NCBI GenBank assembly: GCA_963666365.2
Contig: CAXXNF010000002.1
Span: 1,824,001-1,888,000, forward strand
DNA: 64,000 nucleotides
Reading direction: 5' to 3'
From: Syntrophales bacterium
GTDB lineage: Bacteria; Desulfobacterota; Syntrophia; Syntrophales; UBA2210
Part shown: positions 58,486-64,000 of the stretch, piece after piece
Position numbering within the stretch: position 1 is the first letter of the stretch
Layout: each line of letters begins with the position of its first letter
Made by a program: the position numbers and the translations under genes
The notes under the pieces: generated by a model
Database searches by the model: none
The model's input: the letters and a program-made list of their open reading frames with translations, nothing else
Told to the model about the DNA's origin: nothing

Positions 58486-59901
58486 TTATATGTTTGTGGG
58501 CATACTCTCCGAGGATGATGCCAGCATGCGTTCAGCGGCCCGAACCAGCGCTTCGTCATGCCGGTGATCCAGTGAGAAAATCCTGAAGTGCACTACCCGC
58601 GAGGGTATAAAACGGTATATGTCTCTTAGTGGTTCCCAGGAGGTGTGGTCCGTTGAGGGATTATAAATATTGATGCGTTTGTCCCCTTCCACCATGGGGT
58701 TGATCGGTCTCGGATCCTGAGTTGCCAGATCCACCCTGAATCTGATTTTTCTGAAAGAAGCGGGTAAATGCTCCCTGATCCGCCTTTCGTAATCGCGGGC
58801 CGTCGCAAATTCGGCGCCCTTCTGCAGCTGATCGACAGACAAATCCACAAAAAATGACATTTTCCACTTCACCTGTCGGGTGTAGAGTTTCTGCCACTCT
58901 CTCCCCAGCTTCCTCTTCTTCGCATCAGCGCCGGCAAGCCACGTCTTCACTTCACAAAAAAGACGCCATTCATCGCAGTTAAGATAGTCGTCTATCGCAT
59001 CAAGTGGATTGCATGGAAATAATATATTCATGGTGTCCCTGAATATTTCCTGCAGATGAAGATCAAGGGCGCGTGTCGTGCGGTGATAATATATATTTGA
59101 ATAGAGATTAATACGGGCATGGAGGAACCGGCTGAGCGCCGATGTGCCCGCTTGATGCAGCGTCACCCCTTCGCCGGTGAAAAATGAATAAAAGCAGAGC
59201 CGCTGAATATCGACAATGTCCATGGAAAATCCCGACATATACGCATCTCGCTGGACATAATCCATATTGTCTACCGTATAGACGCCGGAAAAAAGCTGCC
59301 GCAGCAATGAGAGCCAACGAGGTATCGTTGCCTCTTTTCCTGAGGGCTTTCTGATGAGGGAAGCAACCTGATGGGGATCGATGCGTTCCCCCTTTTCAAA
59401 ACTTCCGGAAGGACTTCTTCGTAGTTTTTTTATTGTGTCGGCCAATTTTTCAACAATAATTTTCTGACCCACTATTTCATGGGTAAGCTCGAACTGGCTC
59501 AAAAAATGCTCGTCGAAAAAGTGGCCGTAGGGCCCGTGCCCCACGTCATGGAGCAGACCGGCCACCCTGAGCAGTTCCTCTATGTAATTGATCGAGGGCG
59601 CTTCGGGGCACACCTCTTTGAGTCCCGGATAGAGATGCCGTCCGAACTCTCCCGCCATGTGCATAGTTCCCAGGGCGTGCTGAAATCGTGTATGCTCCGC
59701 TGCCGGGAACACCCATCGGGCGCTCTGGAGCTGGTAAATTCGTCTCAGCCGCTGCATCCACGGAGAATCGATAAGATCCTGCTCAGTTTTCTCCGCCGCC
59801 GGGGCCTCGGAAGGAACGGTGAACCAGATGTAGTGATAGATAGGATCGGCAATCAGGGCCTTCCCCTGGTAGGTTTTTGCAATATCGGTTTTATTGCGCA
59901 T
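58486..59901 (-). CDS. HD-domain phosphohydrolase (SAMHD1/YdhJ-like)
   Basis: QRLRRI.QL, HTRFQHALG, LLHDVGHGP, DNMDYV.RD. Confidence 0.85.
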   Translation of the reverse strand: MRNKTDIAKTYQGKALIADPIYHYIWFTVPSEAPAAEKTEQDLIDSPWMQRLRRIYQLQSARWVFPAAEHTRFQHALGTMHMAGEFGRHLYPGLKEVCPEAPSINYIEELLRVAGLLHDVGHGPYGHFFDEHFLSQFELTHEIVGQKIIVEKLADTIKKLRRSPSGSFEKGERIDPHQVASLIRKPSGKEATIPRWLSLLRQLFSGVYTVDNMDYVQRDAYMSGFSMDIVDIQRLCFYSFFTGEGVTLHQAGTSALSRFLHARINLYSNIYYHRTTRALDLHLQEIFRDTMNILFPCNPLDAIDDYLNCDEWRLFCEVKTWLAGADAKKRKLGREWQKLYTRQVKWKMSFFVDLSVDQLQKGAEFATARDYERRIREHLPASFRKIRFRVDLATQDPRPINPMVEGDKRINIYNPSTDHTSWEPLRDIYRFIPSRVVHFRIFSLDHRHDEALVRAAERMLASSSESMPTNI

Positions 59902-59973
59902 AATGACCCCGTGAATACAAAATAACTCCCTAAATATCAATCTATATTATCGGGGAGCCGTCTCTTGCAGCAG

Positions 59974-61215
59974 TCAGCAGGTTTCGTTCGGCAAGGGAAT
60001 CTTTTCTCCCATATAAAGCCCGAGCAGATAGGGTTTTTGGGACAGAAAGGCCCATGCCTGCCGGTGAACTTCCTCTTCGGCAAAGACCGGACTGTATCTG
60101 CGTGTGAGGTAATCAAAGGTAAGACTTCTGGCAAAATAAAGGGGTTTCAATACGTTGATGATGTCTCTCTTTGTCTGCTCTTCAGCGCCGTCAAAGAGGA
60201 AAAGCATCGAATAGACGATTTGGGACCAGAGCATGATATCCATCTCATAATAATCCATGACAAACATGTCGTTGACCTTCTGATAGGCATAGGGGCTCAA
60301 ATACCATTCCACCAGTTCGTGATAGGTTTCATACTCCCGGCGGCAGTCCCCTTTCAGCTTCAAAATATCAATCTGCAGGGTCTGCCCCTCCCCCAATGTT
60401 TGAAGCCCGTACCGTTCAATTTCGCGAATATGCGTATGCCAATAGGTTTTCCCCCCTTTTCTCATCCAGGTCCCCAGCCACTTCTGTTTGTATTCGAGCA
60501 AAGTGGAATACAGCGTATAAACGACCTCCTCAAACATTCTGCCCAGCTTTGGTGAGCTCGCATTGTGGATCTTTGCCCCCAGTCCCGCTTCCATTATGCG
60601 GAAGTTGCCGAAAAATGCGTGAAGCGACATAAAGATATCTATTCCGTACTGAAGGGTCATTTCGTTCCACTTCTTTGCAAGCCAGTGTGCGCAAAGCCTG
60701 TCGGAAAAAGCGAAATCGCCGCCGATGGGCTGGCGTATATTGAGCCCCGCCAGAGGAAATACGAGGGGATAACAGAGATGATTTGTGATCGTTCCATCAA
60801 AGTGATGGCGCGCATAGGCAGGCGTCACAAAATCAGCCCCTTTTTTCAAAGGATGCCCGAGGAATTTGATCCAGCGCGGGGTAATCGATCGAAGATCGGC
60901 ATCAACCACAATATTTATCCTGGAATTTACCTCCTGCACAAATTTGAAGAGATTGAGAAAATTGTTCCCCTTTCCCCGTACTCCATCGGGAGTGGCTATA
61001 TATTTTTTTTCAATCCCCCGAGGCACTTCCGCCGCAAGAAATGCCTGCTCCGTGCCGTCAGGACTTTTGTTGTCACAATTAACGATTATACAGCGGGCAT
61101 CGGGAAAGTATTTTTCCAAACCCCTCCCTGCCATCTGCGTTACATAACCTATTGTTTTTACCTCATTATAAGATGGAATACCAACAACCACATCGTATTG
61201 GTTCTTCATTGACAC
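59974..61215 (-). CDS. Glycosyltransferase (glucosyl/mannosyl-glycerate synthase-like)
   Basis: GIPSYNE, GKG, VDADL, DGTITN, RQPIGGDF. Confidence 0.75.
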   Translation of the reverse strand: MSMKNQYDVVVGIPSYNEVKTIGYVTQMAGRGLEKYFPDARCIIVNCDNKSPDGTEQAFLAAEVPRGIEKKYIATPDGVRGKGNNFLNLFKFVQEVNSRINIVVDADLRSITPRWIKFLGHPLKKGADFVTPAYARHHFDGTITNHLCYPLVFPLAGLNIRQPIGGDFAFSDRLCAHWLAKKWNEMTLQYGIDIFMSLHAFFGNFRIMEAGLGAKIHNASSPKLGRMFEEVVYTLYSTLLEYKQKWLGTWMRKGGKTYWHTHIREIERYGLQTLGEGQTLQIDILKLKGDCRREYETYHELVEWYLSPYAYQKVNDMFVMDYYEMDIMLWSQIVYSMLFLFDGAEEQTKRDIINVLKPLYFARSLTFDYLTRRYSPVFAEEEVHRQAWAFLSQKPYLLGLYMGEKIPLPNETC

Positions 61216-61318
61216 ACCCCCGCTCTACCTTGCATCGCACCATGCGTCGATCCTGGGAACTTTTCATATGCTGTATTGTTGCAGAAAGGCTTTGGTGATC
61301 TGGGACTGACAGTATATA

Positions 61319-61394
61319 TGGTGGAGATGAGGGGGATCGAACCCCTGACCTCGGCATTGCGAACGCCGCGCTCTCCCAGCTGAGCTACATCCCC
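61319..61394 (-). tRNA. tRNA-Ala(CGC)
   Basis: GGGGATGTAGCTCAGCTGGGAGAGCG...TTCGCAA...GGTTCGATCCC...CTCCACCA; G3:U70 pair; encoded CCA. Confidence 0.95.
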
Positions 61395-61450
61395 ACTAAG
61401 AACTAGACGTGGAAACGTGCATATCCCAAAGACAGCCTTCCTGTCAAGCA

Positions 61451-62410
61451 TTAGTTGAAGACATTCCTTTCCTTGGCTTTTTCATATATTTCTCGAGCCT
61501 TTGCATCCAGGCCGCCCTTCTCGCAGGCTCTTAAAATACCAAGGTAGTAAAAGGGGGTTTCCGGGTCCTCTGCAATCGCCTTCTCGAATGCCTCAACTGC
61601 CTCGGATATGAATCCTTCCGCAAGCAGGGAGTTTCCCAGGCGGTTGCAGTACACCGCTTTTGAGGATGGATCGATTGCAACTGCATGATCATAGCATGCT
61701 TGTCCCTCGGCCGGTTTTCCCTCTTTGAGATATAGATCCCCCAGGCTGCAATGATAAAGGGGGTTTGCGCCATTGGCGGCAATTGATTTTTTCAGCGCAT
61801 CCTCTGCCCTCTGAAGCTCTCCCGCCCCGATATAGGCATCGGCCATTCTGAAATAAAACGAATCGGTCTCCTCAGAATCAATAATCAAGGCCCTTTCGTA
61901 GGCCTCCTCGGCGCCGGCGAAGTCGCCATCGGCAATCAGGGCATTGCCGAGATGTAACCAGTAGGGGGCGGACTCGGGTTCCATCAATGTGAGTGCCTTG
62001 AAAACCTGAGCAGCTCGCTGCACCCGCCCCCCCCGAATGCATGATTCTCCAAGTGTCGCAAGAAGGGCGCATTCATCAGGCTGTGCCGCTGCAACCCGCT
62101 CGCACAGGTCGATCAGTTTTTCATGTTCGCCCATTTCCCGCAATATTCTGACGAGTTCATCGTAGGCAAACCCCGTAAAGACCTCCCTCGCCAACTCTTT
62201 TTCGAGAAGCCTCTCGAGACATTGAACGGCGTTGTTCAAATCACCGTTGTCACGATAGGCGCATGCCATTGACATGATGAGCGAATCATCGCCGGGGTTC
62301 AACTCCGCCAGCTTTTGATAGAGAACAATCGCCTCTTCATATCGTTTGTCCTGGACGAATTGATCGGCGCGATCATAAAAATCATCATATTCCGTGTTAC
62401 TGCTCATCAC
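61451..62410 (-). CDS. Tetratricopeptide repeat protein
   Basis: Multiple LG...G....A...Y/F..A...DP repeats. Confidence 0.85.
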   Translation of the reverse strand: MMSSNTEYDDFYDRADQFVQDKRYEEAIVLYQKLAELNPGDDSLIMSMACAYRDNGDLNNAVQCLERLLEKELAREVFTGFAYDELVRILREMGEHEKLIDLCERVAAAQPDECALLATLGESCIRGGRVQRAAQVFKALTLMEPESAPYWLHLGNALIADGDFAGAEEAYERALIIDSEETDSFYFRMADAYIGAGELQRAEDALKKSIAANGANPLYHCSLGDLYLKEGKPAEGQACYDHAVAIDPSSKAVYCNRLGNSLLAEGFISEAVEAFEKAIAEDPETPFYYLGILRACEKGGLDAKAREIYEKAKERNVFN

Positions 62411-62586
62411 ACTGCCACTTTCCGTTTTTTCCCCATTTTATAGGCAAAAGAGATATTGTCAATTTTTTTCCTGCCTGCAGCCGGAAATCAAAGCCGTGAC
62501 TTTTACATTTCCACTATGCTATACAACGCCGGTCAATCGTAATTGAAAGGCACACCTACCCTATTATGAAAAGAAAGGAGTGACAG

Positions 62587-63390
62587 ATGGCACGTTTTGG
62601 ACGTCTCGATGGCAAGGTCGCCATCATAACGGGCGCAGCCAGCGGTATCGGCAAAGCAACGGCGCAACTCTTTGCCCGCGAGGGGGCAAAACTTGTGTTG
62701 GCCGATGTAAGCGAGAAGGCGCTCGCAGAAGTGGTCAAGGGCATTACCGATGACGGCGGTACGGCGGTTATGAGAAAGACCGACGTTTCGAATGAAGCGG
62801 AAGTAAAAGAGTTGATTGATTTGGCGCTTTCCACATACTCGGAGATCCATATTCTCTGCAATAACGCGGGTATCACCGGCGGTCACGAGCGACTTACTCC
62901 GGAAGATCAGGAGGGCACCGACTGGATGAAGGTTTATTCAGTCAATGTCATGGGCGCCGTCTATGCAATAAAACATGTGGCCGCTCATATGAAAGCGCGG
63001 GGGAGCGGCGCCATTGTCAATACTGCATCGGTGGCGGGCATTCGCGCAGGCGCGGGTACCAACGCGTACAGCGCGAGCAAGGCGGCCGTCATCAACCTGA
63101 CGCAAACCAATGCCTGTGATTTGGGGAAATATAATGTACGCGTCAATGCCGTCTGCCCGGGGCTTATCGAAACGGGCATGACAAAACCGGTCTTTGATTT
63201 TGCCAGGGAGACGGGCAAAGAAGCGAAGCTTGGGAGCCGCTGTGAACTGAGACGATACGGGAAACCTGAAGAACTCGCTGCAGCGATTCTCTTTCTGGCA
63301 AGCGATGATGCAAGCTATGTGACAGGACAGGCACTCGCCGTAGACGGCGGAAATACGGCTTCACTCAATCTTCCCGGAATGAAGTTCTGA
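62587..63390 (+). CDS. SDR-family oxidoreductase
   Basis: TGAASGIG, NNAG, YSASK. Confidence 0.9.
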   Translation: MARFGRLDGKVAIITGAASGIGKATAQLFAREGAKLVLADVSEKALAEVVKGITDDGGTAVMRKTDVSNEAEVKELIDLALSTYSEIHILCNNAGITGGHERLTPEDQEGTDWMKVYSVNVMGAVYAIKHVAAHMKARGSGAIVNTASVAGIRAGAGTNAYSASKAAVINLTQTNACDLGKYNVRVNAVCPGLIETGMTKPVFDFARETGKEAKLGSRCELRRYGKPEELAAAILFLASDDASYVTGQALAVDGGNTASLNLPGMKF

Positions 63391-63485
63391 TCTCTGCGGA
63401 CCGAATGCCCTTGTCATAGACGAAAGGTCATGAGGGGAGATTTGCCGCGGCAGGGCCAGGTGAGTCTCCCCCTTACGGTCAGGCA

Positions 63486-64000
63486 TTACATTTCAATAGT
63501 AATCAACCCTTCACGAATCGCACACTTCACCAGTTCCGACATGCTGTGAATGTGAAGTTTTTCCATAATATTCCGGCGATGGGTCTCAATCGTTTTCGTG
63601 CTTACATGAAGGTGTTCGGCAATTTCACGGGTTGCCAGCCCTTCTGCGAGATTTTGAAACACTTCGCGCTCCCTCGGTGTAAGGGTAGTAAAAACAGATG
63701 CATCCGACTGTGGGGATTTTCCTATGTACCTGTTCACCACGATCCCGGCGATCTTCGGACTTAAATAGGTCTGATCCGCAACAACCGATCGTATCGCCCG
63801 CACAAGCTCTTCGAACGCGCAATCTTTCAGAAGATATCCTGAGGCACCGGCATCCAGCATTCCCGATACAAAGCGACGGTCGGAATACATTGACAGCGCA
63901 ATTACCTTTACTTCGGAATTTTCACTCAAAATGGTTCGCGTTGCGTCTATTCCGTTCATTTCAGGCATGGAAATATCCATTATGATGACGCTCGGCGACA
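63486..64000 (-). CDS. NarL/FixJ-family response regulator (5' end beyond window)
   Basis: MDISMP, GASGYLLK, LTPREREV...STKTIETHR LuxR HTH. Confidence 0.9.
   Translation of the reverse strand, partial: SPSVIIMDISMPEMNGIDATRTILSENSEVKVIALSMYSDRRFVSGMLDAGASGYLLKDCAFEELVRAIRSVVADQTYLSPKIAGIVVNRYIGKSPQSDASVFTTLTPREREVFQNLAEGLATREIAEHLHVSTKTIETHRRNIMEKLHIHSMSELVKCAIREGLITIEM

Noticed and set aside
61319..61394. tRNA-Ala as the integration site of the accessory region
   Set aside because: No duplicated tRNA 3' end or adjacent integrase was seen, and it is ~27 kb from the array

Overview
The window has two parts. Bases ~1-34,130 are a decaying integron cassette array on the - strand. Many attC hairpins have complementary GTTRRRY/RYYYAAC cassette ends, and only the last ~28 codons of intI survive, oriented like the cassettes with a likely attI near 33,870. 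The array holds a CBASS cassette (CD-NTase + Cap15-like effector), HNH and HEPN-like cassettes, and toxin-antitoxin modules. It also holds an IS21 with a 5-bp target duplication, a tyrosine-recombinase + IS91-transposase element bounded like a cassette, gene-less attC cassettes carrying a conserved sigma70-like promoter, and a rearranged RiPP locus (NHLP precursor with an apparent 4-residue core, YcaO, B12-radical SAM, RRE-M50 protease) bracketed by RAYT-type inverted repeats. Bases ~34,400-64,000 look like chromosomal backbone: an amidohydrolase, a sigma54-preceded type II fatty-acid/lipid cluster, RNase D, surE, dnaK-grpE, gmhA, nrdD, tRNA-Ala(CGC) and others. The host is probably an anaerobic Desulfobacterota-like bacterium (inference only). 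All family calls come from motif recognition by eye; no searches were run.
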